Positions 1 to 9,446 of a stretch of 32,000 nt of DNA are shown piece by piece. The notes beneath the pieces were generated by a model. That model had not been told where the DNA came from, did not search any database, and saw only the letters and a program-made list of their open reading frames with translations. The position numbers were made by a program, and so were the translations under genes. Location of the stretch: contig CAURWT010000003.1 of the NCBI GenBank assembly GCA_963528875.1, positions 90,001-122,000 of the forward strand, in the 5' to 3' direction. This DNA comes from an uncultured Candidatus Saccharimonas sp. (GTDB taxonomy: Bacteria; Patescibacteriota; Saccharimonadia; Saccharimonadales; Saccharimonadaceae). How positions within the stretch are numbered: the first letter of the stretch is position 1; each line of letters opens with the position of its first letter.

Positions 1-402
1 ATCGAGCTTACAAAAGAAAAGAAAATTAAAAAAGGTGGTCGTGTTCATGTTGGTTCAATTCTTTATGATAACACTGGAAATACGGTTCATGATGCTGTTG
101 TGAAAGACCGCTTGCATATTTCAACTGAAGGTATTTTCATTATCGTGCTGACAATTAGCAAGAAAACTGGCCGACTTCTTAAAACGCCGGATGTAATTTC
201 GCGTGGATTTGTCTATCTAAAAGATAGTGAAGAATTGATTGGTAAAATTCGTCATTATTTGCGAATTAAAATCGACCGCGAAGTTGAACGAAAAGTTGAA
301 ATTGCTGACATGAAACAAGAAATCAAAGATGATATTTCTCACCTATTGTTTGATTCGACTGGTCATACGCCAATTGTTATTCCTGTTGTAAATAAAGTTT
401 AA
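1..402 (+). CDS. rnj: Ribonuclease J, C-terminal part (5' end lies outside the window)
   Basis: The frame is open from base 1 to the stop at 400-402. The translation (...GRVHVGSILYDNTGNTVHDAVVKDRLHISTEGIFIIVLTI...RGFVYLKDSEELI) matches my memory of the RNase J C-terminal region. The GTG at 100 in the ORF track is internal. Confidence 0.7.
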   Translation: MELTKEKKIKKGGRVHVGSILYDNTGNTVHDAVVKDRLHISTEGIFIIVLTISKKTGRLLKTPDVISRGFVYLKDSEELIGKIRHYLRIKIDREVERKVEIADMKQEIKDDISHLLFDSTGHTPIVIPVVNKV

Positions 403-412
403 TCTGTTTCGA

Positions 413-438
413 AAATCGCTCAAAACGGGCGATTTTTT
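413..438 (+). terminator. Rho-independent terminator after rnj
   Basis: Stem AAATCGCTC (413-421) pairs with GGGCGATTT (427-435) with one G-U pair. The loop is AAAAC and a T-run follows. Confidence 0.6.
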
Positions 439-452
439 ATTATTAACAAAAA

Positions 453-481
453 TTGAAAAAAACTCCAAAAGATGCTAAAAT
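453..481 (+). promoter_or_regulatory. Sigma-70-type promoter of recG (extended -10)
   Basis: TTGAAA (453-458), 17 nt spacer, TGcTAAAAT (473-481). The ATG at 488 sits 7 nt after the -10, so the mRNA is probably leaderless. Confidence 0.5.
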
Positions 482-487
482 TTAGTA

Positions 488-2539
488 ATGAATTTAAATT
501 CTTCGTTAGGTTTAGTAAAGGGCGTTGGTGAAAAAACGCTCGAGAAACTCGAAAGTGTTAATTTGCGAACTGTTGGTGATATTTTGGAGTTTTTTCCGCG
601 AAAATATGAGGATTTCGCAAGCTTAACCAGTCTGAGCGAAATTAAGCCGGGGAAGGTTCTTTTTAAAGCTTATGCCGAAAAAGTTTCGATGCGTCGAGTT
701 CGGCGTGGAATGACAATAACCGAGGCGATTTTAACTGATGGAAAAGAGAAAATTAAAGCAATTTGGTTTAACCAGCCGTATCGCGTAAAACAGCTTCAGG
801 ATGAAGAAGAATTTTTCTTTTCGGGAAAATATGAATTTAACTATAATCGTTATCAAATTACGAATCCGAGTTTAATGAAGCGTGAAGAATTGCCAAAAAA
901 TCAAAATTTTTCAGGTAAAGATGGCGAAATTGTACCGATTTATCCGCAAAAAAAAGGTTTAAAAACTGAAACAATTCGAAAGATTTTAACAGAATTAAAA
1001 CCAATGATGAAGATTCTGCCTGAAACTTTGCCTGAAATTATTGTTCGAAAAGAAAAACTGATTTCACACGCACAAGCAATTGAATGGGCACATTTTCCTG
1101 GTTCGCCAGAAGAATTTAATTTGGCACTTGAACGGCTTGCTTTTGATGAAATTTTTGAATTAATTTTGGCCGCAAAATTAAATAAAATTGAGAATGAGCA
1201 ACTTCGTGGATACAATATCGAGCCAAAAATTCAAGATGTGAGGCAATTTGTTGAAAAGCTACCTTTTAATTTGACGCAATCGCAAAGGCTTGCTTCTTGG
1301 GAGATTATGCAAAATATGAGTCAGGATTTTCCGATGAATCGACTTTTGCAGGGCGATGTTGGCTCTGGAAAGACGACCGTGGCGGCAATTGCGGCATTGA
1401 ATGCGGTAAAAAATGGTTATCAAGTGGCAGTTTTTGCGCCAACTGAAATTCTTGCACAGCAATTGGCTGAGAATTTTTCAAAAACTTTGGCTTGGAGCGA
1501 TATTTCGATTGGCTTTCTTTCAGGAAAGGTAAAAGGAAAGGCTCGTAAAACACTTTTCGAAAATCTAAAAAATGGTAATCTTGATATTTTGGTCGGTACG
1601 AGTGCGATTATTCAAGAAAAAGTGGAATTTTCGAATCTTGGTTTAGTGATTATTGATGAACAGCATCGTTTCGGTGTTGCTCAAAGGCAAAAAATTCTTG
1701 AAAAATCTCACCAAAAAATGCCACATTTACTTGCAATGACTGCTACGCCAATTCCAAGGTCGTTGCAATTAACACTTTTTGGTGATTTGAGTATTTCAAT
1801 ATTGAAAGAAAAGCCTGAAGGGAGAAGGCCAGTTCAGACTGAAATCATTTCACCAGCTTCTCGTGCACCGATGAACGCAAGGATTAAAACTGAAATTTCG
1901 AATGGACGGCAAGTTTTTGTAATTGTTCCGGCAATTCAAGAAGGAAAAAACGAGGAAATTAAAAGTGTTGAGGCGGAATTTAAACGATTGAAACGTGATT
2001 TTAAGGAATTTAGAATTTTACAGCTTCATGGTAAAATGAAGTCGGAAGAAAAAGAACAAATAATGGCAGATTTTTTGGCAAAAAAAGCTGATCTTCTGCT
2101 TTCAACTACCGTTATTGAAGTTGGAATTAACGTTCCAAATGCTAGTGTAATTGTGATCGAAAATGCTGATCGTTTTGGTTTAGCGCAGCTTCATCAGCTT
2201 CGTGGGCGAGTTGGTCGTGGTGGTGATGATGCTTTTTGTTATCTTGTAATGAGCTCAAATGCAAAACCGCCACAGAGGCTCCAAGAAATTTCGAAAACTG
2301 ATGATGGATTTATTTTGGCGGAAAAGGATTTAGAGCTTCGTGGTGCTGGTGAAATTTATGGCAAGTCTCAATCTGGTGAAATTAATTTAGAATTTGCAAG
2401 TATCGGTGACACAAAAATGATTTCGCGAGCACAATCTGCGGTGGATTTTTTGTTCGAAAACCAAAAAGATTGGCAAGAATATTTGAGAGAAAAGCCAAAA
2501 TCACTTGAAAAATACCAAAGATTAACTTTATTAAATTAG
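488..2539 (+). CDS. recG: ATP-dependent DNA helicase RecG
   Basis: 683 aa. It has an N-terminal wedge/OB region, Walker A GDVGSGKT, DEQHRFG, TATPIPRS and QLRGRVGRG, which is the classic RecG motif set. Confidence 0.9.
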   Translation: MNLNSSLGLVKGVGEKTLEKLESVNLRTVGDILEFFPRKYEDFASLTSLSEIKPGKVLFKAYAEKVSMRRVRRGMTITEAILTDGKEKIKAIWFNQPYRVKQLQDEEEFFFSGKYEFNYNRYQITNPSLMKREELPKNQNFSGKDGEIVPIYPQKKGLKTETIRKILTELKPMMKILPETLPEIIVRKEKLISHAQAIEWAHFPGSPEEFNLALERLAFDEIFELILAAKLNKIENEQLRGYNIEPKIQDVRQFVEKLPFNLTQSQRLASWEIMQNMSQDFPMNRLLQGDVGSGKTTVAAIAALNAVKNGYQVAVFAPTEILAQQLAENFSKTLAWSDISIGFLSGKVKGKARKTLFENLKNGNLDILVGTSAIIQEKVEFSNLGLVIIDEQHRFGVAQRQKILEKSHQKMPHLLAMTATPIPRSLQLTLFGDLSISILKEKPEGRRPVQTEIISPASRAPMNARIKTEISNGRQVFVIVPAIQEGKNEEIKSVEAEFKRLKRDFKEFRILQLHGKMKSEEKEQIMADFLAKKADLLLSTTVIEVGINVPNASVIVIENADRFGLAQLHQLRGRVGRGGDDAFCYLVMSSNAKPPQRLQEISKTDDGFILAEKDLELRGAGEIYGKSQSGEINLEFASIGDTKMISRAQSAVDFLFENQKDWQEYLREKPKSLEKYQRLTLLN

Positions 2540-2543
2540 AAGC

Positions 2544-2572
2544 TTGACGAAAAAAATAAATTGTGCTAAAAT
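2544..2572 (+). promoter_or_regulatory. Promoter of nusA
   Basis: TTGACG (2544-2549), 17 nt spacer, TGcTAAAAT (2564-2572). A ~60 nt leader follows. Confidence 0.5.
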
Positions 2573-2632
2573 TGAAAGGTAGTCGGCCAGCAGGTCGGCA
2601 TTTTTCATAAGAAATTATTTCGAAAGGATAAA

Positions 2633-3829
2633 ATGGAAGATTTAAATATTAAACAAATGATGTTGGCGGCAAAAACAATTGCAGCTGAAAAAAATTTACC
2701 AGAAGAAAAAGTTTTAGAAGTTATTGAAATGGCGATTGCGGCTGCTTGGCGACGCGAGAACGGAAATCGTGACCAAAATGTTCGAGCAGAGCTAAATACT
2801 CAAACTGGTGATGCTGAAGTTTTTGTCCAATATGAAGTTGTTGACGGCGAAGAAGCTTATAATATTAATAACGAGATTTCTCTTGAAGATGCAAAAAAAC
2901 TTGATGCGAATGCTGAAATTGGCGAAATTGTTGAAGAGAAATTTCCGGTTGAAACTTTTGGTCGTGTGGCTGCTCAAACTGCTAAGCAAGTTGTTTTGCA
3001 GCGACTTCGCGAAGCTGAGCGTGAGATTATTCTTGAAGAATTCGAAGATAAAGTTGGCACTATCGTAAGTGGTTCAGTTTCTAAGATTGACCAACGATTT
3101 GTGAGAATCGATTTAGGAAAAGCAAATGGAGTTATGCCGCTCCGCGAACAAATTAATGGTGAATATTTTAGTGTTGGCCAGCGGATTAAAGTTCTCGTTA
3201 AAGAAATTGAACGAGATGGTCGTGCGCCAGAATTAATTCTTTCACGCGCTGATGCTAAATTTGTTGAAATTCTTTTCGAACAAGAAGTGCCAGAACTAGA
3301 AACTGGAATGGTTGAAATTGTGGCGATTGCTCGTGAGGCTGGTCGCCGAACTAAGATGGCAGTTCGTTCAATGATGAATGGTGTTGATCCAGTTGGAACT
3401 TTCGTTGGTAGTCGCGGCGTGCGAGTTCAATCAGTTATGAATGAAATTGGTGAACGCGAAAAAATTGATATTGTAACTTGGAGCGAAAACCCAAGCGAAT
3501 TTATCCGTGAAGCGTTAAGTCCTGCAGAAGTTGTTGAAGTTCAAATTAAAGAGACTGGTGAAAATGAACGAAAACGAGCAACTGTGCTTGTGAGTGAAGA
3601 TCAGCAAAGCGTTGCGATTGGCCGCGCTGGGCAGAATGTTCGCCTTGCGAGTCGATTAACTGGTTTTGAACTCGATATCGAACTTGCTAAATCTACCGAA
3701 AAAAAACCACGCGGAAATGTTGAAGATGGCTTGTTTAGCGCTTTAAATGAAGCAACTGAAAGCGAAGTTGTTGAAAATCTTGACGGTGATGAGAATGATC
3801 GAGAAAAATTCGGTGGAGAAGAACAATAA
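2633..3829 (+). CDS. nusA: Transcription termination/antitermination factor NusA
   Basis: 398 aa with an N-terminal domain, an S1 domain (GTIVSGSVSKIDQRFVRIDLGK), two KH domains (...VGTFVGSRGVRVQSV..., ...AIGRAGQNVRLASRLTG) and an acidic tail. No rimP or infB flank it. Confidence 0.9.
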   Translation: MEDLNIKQMMLAAKTIAAEKNLPEEKVLEVIEMAIAAAWRRENGNRDQNVRAELNTQTGDAEVFVQYEVVDGEEAYNINNEISLEDAKKLDANAEIGEIVEEKFPVETFGRVAAQTAKQVVLQRLREAEREIILEEFEDKVGTIVSGSVSKIDQRFVRIDLGKANGVMPLREQINGEYFSVGQRIKVLVKEIERDGRAPELILSRADAKFVEILFEQEVPELETGMVEIVAIAREAGRRTKMAVRSMMNGVDPVGTFVGSRGVRVQSVMNEIGEREKIDIVTWSENPSEFIREALSPAEVVEVQIKETGENERKRATVLVSEDQQSVAIGRAGQNVRLASRLTGFELDIELAKSTEKKPRGNVEDGLFSALNEATESEVVENLDGDENDREKFGGEEQ

Positions 3830-3840
3830 ACACTTTAAGA

Positions 3841-3868
3841 GCTAGCAGAGTTGACTGCTGGCTTTTCT
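3841..3868 (+). terminator. Rho-independent terminator after nusA
   Basis: GCTAGCAG (3841-3848) pairs with CTGCTGGC (3855-3862) with one G-U pair. TTTTCT follows. Confidence 0.6.
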
Positions 3869-3879
3869 CGTGTTATAAT
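3851..3879 (+). promoter_or_regulatory. Promoter of the GalU-like gene
   Basis: TTGACT (3851-3856), 17 nt spacer, TATAAT (3874-3879). It overlaps the nusA terminator. Confidence 0.55.
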
Positions 3880-3889
3880 TATTGCATTG

Positions 3890-3911
3890 GCTTTGGGCAA
3901 CCAAAGTACTT
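3890..3911 (+). promoter_or_regulatory. 5'-leader motif copy 1 (GCTTTGGGCAAccAAAGTACTT)
   Basis: It starts about 10 nt after the -10 hexamer. It contains the hairpin CTTTGG-GCAA-CCAAAG and the palindrome AAGTACTT. It is near-identical to 9410-9429. Confidence 0.4.
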
Positions 3912-3931
3912 AAAAAAAGGAGGGCATTTTT

Positions 3932-4894
3932 ATGTCAAATGAGATCGAAAATATGAAGGTTATATTCCCTGCAGCCGGGCTGGGCACTCGTGTACTTCCA
4001 GCAGCTAAGGCTTTTTCGAAGGAGCTAATTCCTTTGCCGTTTAAAGGTTATCTACAAAATATCATCTGTATTCAGATTGAAAAGTTATTGGAAATTGGTA
4101 TTTTGGCGGAAAATATCGCGATTGTGATTAGCCCTGAAAAAAACGATATCAGGCAGGTTTTCAAAATTAAGCGAAAACTTGCAGATTCACTTCGAAAAAA
4201 AGGAAAAGCTCAATTTGCTGAAAAAATTGAGCGGCTTGAAATCCTTTCGCCAAAGAATTTCATTTTGCAAAATTGCGTGGCTTATGGAAATCAAGCACCA
4301 CTTTCGACGCCAGAAGTTATTGAGTTTATCGGTAAAGATGATTTCTGGTATGTTTTGCCGGATGATATTTTCGCAATTAAGAATGGCTGGAAGAACGAAT
4401 TTTTACAGATGTTCGAAACCTATCAGAAGTTTGATGGAAGTGTTATGGCGGCGAAGGAAGTTTTCAATGATACTGAATTTGATAAATACGGCATCGTGGC
4501 AGGTTTGATTGTGTCACGCGAAAAAGGTTCTAGCGGGAATTTGGTCGTTGATGTTGAGCGGATTGATGAAAAACCAGGTGTTGAGAACGCGAAAAGTAAT
4601 ATTGCTAGCGTTTGTGCGTGGATTTTCAAAAATAACTTTCTTAAGTCGTTAGCGTGGAATTTAGCTGAATGGCAGAAAAATCCCAATGGCGAACTGATGC
4701 TCCAATTAGCAATTCAGCACTCTATTGATAATGGTGAAAAATTCTACGCTGTTCAAATTAGAGATGGCTGGTATTGCGATAGCGGGAATAATTTCGATTA
4801 TTCATTATCTGTCCCAGCGATGATGTTGGCGGAAGATGAATCTGGCGAATATCTTGAAGAACTTCACAAGATTATAAAGTTTTTCGAAAAATAG
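3932..4894 (+). CDS. Sugar-1-phosphate nucleotidyltransferase, GalU-like (UTP--glucose-1-phosphate uridylyltransferase family)
   Basis: 320 aa. The N-terminal sequence FPAAGLGTRVLPAAKAFSKELIPL matches the GalU signature AAGxGTRxLPxTKxxPKE. A strong SD (AAGGAGGG) lies upstream. Confidence 0.7.
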   Translation: MSNEIENMKVIFPAAGLGTRVLPAAKAFSKELIPLPFKGYLQNIICIQIEKLLEIGILAENIAIVISPEKNDIRQVFKIKRKLADSLRKKGKAQFAEKIERLEILSPKNFILQNCVAYGNQAPLSTPEVIEFIGKDDFWYVLPDDIFAIKNGWKNEFLQMFETYQKFDGSVMAAKEVFNDTEFDKYGIVAGLIVSREKGSSGNLVVDVERIDEKPGVENAKSNIASVCAWIFKNNFLKSLAWNLAEWQKNPNGELMLQLAIQHSIDNGEKFYAVQIRDGWYCDSGNNFDYSLSVPAMMLAEDESGEYLEELHKIIKFFEK

Positions 4895-4901
4895 CCTCCA
4901 A

Positions 4902-4925
4902 AAAAGCACTCGCGTGAGTGCTTTT
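4902..4925. terminator. Bidirectional terminator between the convergent GalU-like gene and ogt
   Basis: Perfect 10-bp stem AAAAGCACTC (4902-4911) / GAGTGCTTTT (4916-4925) with loop GCGT. A/T runs lie on both sides. Confidence 0.75.
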
Positions 4926-4933
4926 AAATTTGT

Positions 4934-5440
4934 TTAAATTCCCTCGTGCTGAAGAAGCCAGCTTTTACGGTTTTGACCTCCGTTATAACCGCCAAAATCC
5001 ATATCTTTCGTAAGAACTCGATGGCACGGAACAATTATGGAAAGCTTATTCGCGTTTAAAGCGTTGCCAACCGCACGAACGGCATTAGGATTTTCAATTT
5101 TTTCGGCAATTTCAGAATATGTTGAGGTTGAGCCGGAGCGAATATTCTGAAGCTCCTCCCAAACCTGTTTTTGAAAATCTGTTCCAATCATTTCGATTGG
5201 TGTTTTAAAACCTGCAAAAGGGTGTTTAAAATAATCTTCAAGTTCAATGCGTATCTGTTTAATTGGTAGATTTTCGCCTTCTTCAATATTTTCAACTTCA
5301 AAAAACTCTTTAATTTGAGCTAAATCTTTTTCAAAATTTTCATTATCTTGAAATTCCAAAAAAACTAAAGCATCGTCATGAGCGATTGCCGTCATTTCGC
5401 CAAGTGGCGTTTGAATTTTAGAAAGTTTTAGTTCACGCAT
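4934..5440 (-). CDS. ogt: Methylated-DNA--protein-cysteine methyltransferase
   Basis: 168 aa. It carries the active-site motif IIVPCHRV and the preceding TSTYSEIA...AVRAVGNALNAN helix-turn-helix typical of Ogt/Ada-C. Confidence 0.85.
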   Translation of the reverse strand: MRELKLSKIQTPLGEMTAIAHDDALVFLEFQDNENFEKDLAQIKEFFEVENIEEGENLPIKQIRIELEDYFKHPFAGFKTPIEMIGTDFQKQVWEELQNIRSGSTSTYSEIAEKIENPNAVRAVGNALNANKLSIIVPCHRVLTKDMDFGGYNGGQNRKSWLLQHEGI

Positions 5441-5497
5441 TTTAATATGATAATTATATATAAAAAAGCCTAAAAAGTCAAATAAAATAAGAAATTA

Positions 5498-5524
5498 TTA
5501 GCACTCATATTGTAAGAGTGCTAA
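5498..5524 (+). promoter_or_regulatory. CIRCE operator (HrcA binding site), perfect consensus
   Basis: TTAGCACTC (5498-5506), N9, GAGTGCTAA (5516-5524). This is identical to the textbook CIRCE consensus TTAGCACTC-N9-GAGTGCTAA and it overlaps the -35 of the clpC promoter. Confidence 0.8.
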
Positions 5525-5538
5525 AAGTATGATAGAAT
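5510..5538 (+). promoter_or_regulatory. Promoter of clpC-clpP
   Basis: TTGTAA (5510-5515), 17 nt spacer, TGaTAGAAT (5530-5538). The ATG at 5545 is 7 nt after the -10 and no SD is present. Confidence 0.55.
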
Positions 5539-5544
5539 AGAGTT

Positions 5545-8031
5545 ATGATACCTGAAGACTTTCAAGAAATTATTTCGCGAATGAGCGAAAATTCACACAA
5601 AAGTTTGGAGCGAGCAGAATTTTTCTCTCGTAAATTTAAAACTGGCTACATTGGAATTGAACATATTTTGTTAGGAATTTTAGCAAATCGCGAATCTTCG
5701 GCAGCAACTTTAGCATATGAATACGGCTTAAAGTTTGAAGATTTATATGATTTTTTTGTTGAAAATCCGCCAGTTTCGAAAAGTTTACCAGATTTTGCAG
5801 ATCCAAATGTGCGAGCCTTAACCGACCGCGCAGTTTTTGCATTAAAAATGGCGAGTTTAATTTCTGGTGACGATAATGAAATTAGCACAAAAAACCTGCT
5901 TTTCTCAATTTTAAAGCAAAAAGATTTAAAATTGCAGGTTGTACTTCGGCAAACCGGGGCTGATATTGAGGGGCTAGTGAATGCTTTTGATATTTTGTTT
6001 TCGAACGAAAATTCAGCTGAGGGAATTGATGAGATTGAACAAAAAAGCTTTCGAAAGAATTCAGAGAAGCAGCAATCAAGCCGTGAAATTGCAATTTTGA
6101 AGAAATTTGGCGAAGATTTGACAGAAAAAGCCAAAAATGGCGAACTCGATCCAGTAATTGGGCGTGAAACTGAAGTTCAGAGATTGATTACGGTTTTGCT
6201 TCGTCGCACGAAATCGAATCCAGTTTTGATTGGTGAAGCTGGAGTTGGAAAAACCGCTGTAGTTGAGCTTCTTGCTCAAAAAATTTCGAAAGAACAAGTC
6301 CCATCACAACTAATTGGAAAGCGAATTTTTGAAATTGATTTGGCTGGAATGTTGGCTGGTACGAAATTTCGTGGTCAGTTTGAAGAGCGATTAAAAAATG
6401 TAATTAAAGCGCTTGAAAAACATCAAGAGATTATTGCATTTATTGATGAAATTCATCTTTTAGCAGGAACTGGCTCGGCGGAAGGCGCAATGGATGCGGC
6501 AAATATTTTAAAGCCAGCGCTCGCTCGTGGAAAAATTAAACTAATCGGTGCCACAACTTTTGACGAATTTAAAAAATCGATTGAAAAAGATTCTGCATTG
6601 AATCGGCGTTTTCAATCTGTTCAGGTTGAAGAACCAAGCTTAAATGAAACGATTGATATTTTAAAAGGTTTGCGAGAAAAATATGAAAAATATCATAATA
6701 TTGAAGTTTCTGATGAAGTTTTGGGTGAAATTGTTGATATGAGCGCGAGGTATATTTTTGACCGTCAAATGCCAGATAAAGCTATTGATATTTTAGATGA
6801 AGCTGGTGCATTAGCTGTGAGCGAGAAGGTGTCGAAACCGAATAAAATTTTAGAATTCTCGCGCGAGATTGAAAAATTAAATGAAAAGCAAATTCGAGCG
6901 GCAGAAAATGAAGATTTTGAAGGAGCGGCTCTTTATAAAACGCGAATTTCGCAACTTAGAAAAAAACTTAGTGAAGAAGAGCAAAAAGCAAAAAGTTCGA
7001 AAAAAATTAATTTAACGAGCGATTATGTGGCGCGAGCGATTTCTTTAAAAACGAATATTCCGGTTCAAAAAATTTCAAAAAATCAGGCAAAAATTCTACA
7101 AAATCTTGAAAAACATCTTTCGAAAAAGGTGATTGGTCAAAGTGAGGCGATTGAGAAAATTTCGAAAGCGATCCGCCGTAATAAATCTGGGATTTCAGAC
7201 GAAAATCGTCCAATTGGTTCGTTTATTTTTCTTGGCCCGACTGGAGTTGGAAAAACCGAACTTTCACGCCAGCTTGCAAACGAGGTCTTTGGCGGTTCGA
7301 AATCTTTAATTAAAATTGATATGAGCGAATTTGGCGAAAAGCATAAAACTTCGCAACTTCTGGGTGCGCCAGCTGGTTATGTTGGCTATGGTGAGGGCGG
7401 AACTTTAACAGAGAAGATTCGCCGCCAGCCATATTCCGTAGTGCTTTTTGATGAAATTGAAAAAGCTCACCCAGATACTTTCAATCTACTTTTACAACTT
7501 TTAGAAGATGGTGAATTAACGGATTCTGAAGGGCGAAAAGTTTCGTTTAAAAACACTGTTGTAATTTTAACAAGTAATCTTGGCGCAAGTGAAATGATGA
7601 ATGAAAAATCGCTCGGGTTTGAGGCAGAAAGTTCTTCAAAAAAGAATCACTCAAAAAATGAAAAATTTGCTCGAAGGGCTCTTGAAAAAGTTCTAAAACC
7701 TGAACTTTTAAATCGATTCGATGGAATTATTACATTTCAGTCTCTTTCAAAAACTGAAATTGGCAAGATTTTTGATATTCTTTTAGCTGATTTAAATAAT
7801 CGATTACTTCGAAAAGGTTTGAATTTGAAAGTTCGAAAATCAGCGAAAGATTTTATTATTGGAAAGGGCTATGATGCTAAAAATGGAGCAAGGCCGCTTA
7901 GGCGCGCAATTGAGGACTTGCTTGAACACAAATTAGCCGAGGAAATTCTGGCAAAAAATCCGCCAAAAGGGACGCAATTTGTGGCGAGTGCAAAAAATGG
8001 TGAAATTATAATTGAAGTTTCGAAAGATTAA
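5545..8031 (+). CDS. clpC: ATP-dependent Clp protease ATP-binding subunit ClpC
   Basis: 828 aa. It has Clp_N repeats and two AAA+ modules (GEAGVGKT and GPTGVGKT). The short middle domain carries a UVR-like motif ([20 protein letters not shown]), which makes it ClpC-type rather than ClpB-type. The LGF loop (EKSLGFEAE) would dock ClpP. Confidence 0.85.
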   Translation: MIPEDFQEIISRMSENSHKSLERAEFFSRKFKTGYIGIEHILLGILANRESSAATLAYEYGLKFEDLYDFFVENPPVSKSLPDFADPNVRALTDRAVFALKMASLISGDDNEISTKNLLFSILKQKDLKLQVVLRQTGADIEGLVNAFDILFSNENSAEGIDEIEQKSFRKNSEKQQSSREIAILKKFGEDLTEKAKNGELDPVIGRETEVQRLITVLLRRTKSNPVLIGEAGVGKTAVVELLAQKISKEQVPSQLIGKRIFEIDLAGMLAGTKFRGQFEERLKNVIKALEKHQEIIAFIDEIHLLAGTGSAEGAMDAANILKPALARGKIKLIGATTFDEFKKSIEKDSALNRRFQSVQVEEPSLNETIDILKGLREKYEKYHNIEVSDEVLGEIVDMSARYIFDRQMPDKAIDILDEAGALAVSEKVSKPNKILEFSREIEKLNEKQIRAAENEDFEGAALYKTRISQLRKKLSEEEQKAKSSKKINLTSDYVARAISLKTNIPVQKISKNQAKILQNLEKHLSKKVIGQSEAIEKISKAIRRNKSGISDENRPIGSFIFLGPTGVGKTELSRQLANEVFGGSKSLIKIDMSEFGEKHKTSQLLGAPAGYVGYGEGGTLTEKIRRQPYSVVLFDEIEKAHPDTFNLLLQLLEDGELTDSEGRKVSFKNTVVILTSNLGASEMMNEKSLGFEAESSSKKNHSKNEKFARRALEKVLKPELLNRFDGIITFQSLSKTEIGKIFDILLADLNNRLLRKGLNLKVRKSAKDFIIGKGYDAKNGARPLRRAIEDLLEHKLAEEILAKNPPKGTQFVASAKNGEIIIEVSKD

Positions 8032-8040
8032 GGAGAGAAA

Positions 8041-8631
8041 ATGCGAAAAACGGAGAATTATTTAGTTCCAACGGTTGTTGAAGAGACTAATAGGGGCGAG
8101 CGAGCGTTTGATATTTATTCGCGTCTTTTAAAAGAACGAGTTATTTTTTTGGGTGAAGATGTGAATTCACATACGGCGAATGTCGTGGTGGCGCAACTTC
8201 TTCATTTGGCTTTCGAAAATCCAGATGAAGATATCAAACTTTACATTAATAGTCCTGGCGGAAGTGTTTATGATGGTTTGGCGATTTATGACACGATTAA
8301 ATTTATCAAACCAGATGTACAAACAATTGGGATTGGTTTGCAAGCTTCGATGGGGGCGTTTTTGCTGGCAGCTGGAACGAAAGGTAAGCGTGCGATTTTA
8401 CCGAATTCTCGAGTAATGATTCATCAGCCATCAAGCGGTACGCGCGGAAAAGTTACAGACCAAGAAATTGACCTAAAAGAAAGCTTATTGCTTAAAGAAA
8501 AACTTGCACAAATTTTGGCCGAAAATAGTGGTCAGGATTTAGAAAAGCTCAAAAATGATATGGAGCGAGATTATTGGATGAGTGCCGAAGAAGCTGTAAA
8601 ATATGGCTTAGTTGATAAAATAATCCAGTAA
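8041..8631 (+). CDS. clpP: ATP-dependent Clp protease proteolytic subunit ClpP
   Basis: 196 aa with [19 protein letters not shown], the catalytic Ser context GLQASMGAF, and MIHQP. The SD AAGGAG lies 9 nt after the clpC stop. Confidence 0.95.
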   Translation: MRKTENYLVPTVVEETNRGERAFDIYSRLLKERVIFLGEDVNSHTANVVVAQLLHLAFENPDEDIKLYINSPGGSVYDGLAIYDTIKFIKPDVQTIGIGLQASMGAFLLAAGTKGKRAILPNSRVMIHQPSSGTRGKVTDQEIDLKESLLLKEKLAQILAENSGQDLEKLKNDMERDYWMSAEEAVKYGLVDKIIQ

Positions 8632-8657
8632 TAAAAATAGCCTTGTGAACAAGACTA

Positions 8658-9266
8658 TTAGTAATTATATCCGTCTATTGGAGTGACTTTTTCGCCAATG
8701 GCGGATTTTTTTAATGCTTTAAGTCGCTTAAATTCACTTTGAGAGACTGGAATTGGCCAAATCTCTCCTGAATTCATTCCGCCTTCTGGAATTCGAACGG
8801 CCAAAACATAAAAATTATCGTTTGGCAATAATAAATTATCACCAGAAGCGAAATTTGTTTTAGCACGAGTAAAACCAATTGTATCGACAAAAAGGAATTG
8901 AGAATCTCTTCCATGTGCTACCCAAGAGGAAACTCTAATTTTTCGACCATCTTCATTTACAATATTAATTGAAGGGTTGATTCGGAATTTTGAGGATATT
9001 GAGAAGTAAGCTCTATTTATTTTATTACCGTCCTCGTCTATAAAAGTTATTCCTTTTGCCTCGATCGGCTTGGCGAAATAATCATCTCTAATGGTTTGAA
9101 AATTTTCCCATTTATCTTTCGAAAACTCTTTCCCTTTTTGGAAATAGTCTTTAAATCCGACTTGAGTGATGTTGCCTTTGCTCTCTTGTGCAAAAACCTC
9201 TGTCTTTGACGTAAAAATAAAAAGTGAAGCGATAAAAATCGCAGTAGCAATGAAGATTTTCTTCAT
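8658..9266 (-). CDS. Secreted hypothetical protein
   Basis: 202 aa. It has an N-terminal signal peptide (MKKIFIATAIFIASLFIFTSKTEVFAQE) and the SD AAGGAG upstream on the - strand. I recognise no family. Confidence 0.6.
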   Translation of the reverse strand: MKKIFIATAIFIASLFIFTSKTEVFAQESKGNITQVGFKDYFQKGKEFSKDKWENFQTIRDDYFAKPIEAKGITFIDEDGNKINRAYFSISSKFRINPSINIVNEDGRKIRVSSWVAHGRDSQFLFVDTIGFTRAKTNFASGDNLLLPNDNFYVLAVRIPEGGMNSGEIWPIPVSQSEFKRLKALKKSAIGEKVTPIDGYNY

Positions 9267-9374
9267 TTTAAACTCCTTCTAACGCACTCAATAAAACATT
9301 AAAATAGTTTTGAAAGGTGCGTAAATAATTTTAATAGCCACATAATAGCATAAAAACAATAAAAAATCAAGGGG

Positions 9375-9403
9375 TTGATCTTTTCTATGAAAGGGTGTAA
9401 AAT
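9375..9403 (+). promoter_or_regulatory. Promoter of the 46-aa small ORF
   Basis: TTGATC (9375-9380), 17 nt spacer, TAAAAT (9398-9403). Confidence 0.45.
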
Positions 9404-9409
9404 ATACAA

Positions 9410-9429
9410 GCCTTGGGCAAAAAGTACTT
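9410..9429 (+). promoter_or_regulatory. 5'-leader motif copy 2 (GCCTTGGGCAAAAAGTACTT)
   Basis: It matches 3890-3911 at 19 of 20 aligned positions with one 2-nt gap. It overlaps the perfect 16-nt palindrome CAAAAAGTACTTTTTG (9417-9432), which lies just before the SD. Confidence 0.4.
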
Positions 9430-9446
9430 TTTGGAGGTAATAAATT

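Noticed and set aside
2581-2600. The direct repeat GTCGGC(C/A) x2 in the nusA leader (gtagtcggccagcaggtcggcattttt), which at first glance looks like a terminator or attenuator.
   Set aside because: The two copies are direct, not inverted, so no stable hairpin forms before the T-run. There is not enough evidence for an attenuator.
4902-4925. A hairpin whose arms (AGCACTC / GAGTGCT) are the same as the CIRCE half-sites, raising the possibility of a second HrcA operator.
   Set aside because: The spacer is 4 nt, not the 9 nt CIRCE requires. The element sits between two convergent stop codons with flanking A/T runs, so it is best explained as a bidirectional intrinsic terminator.
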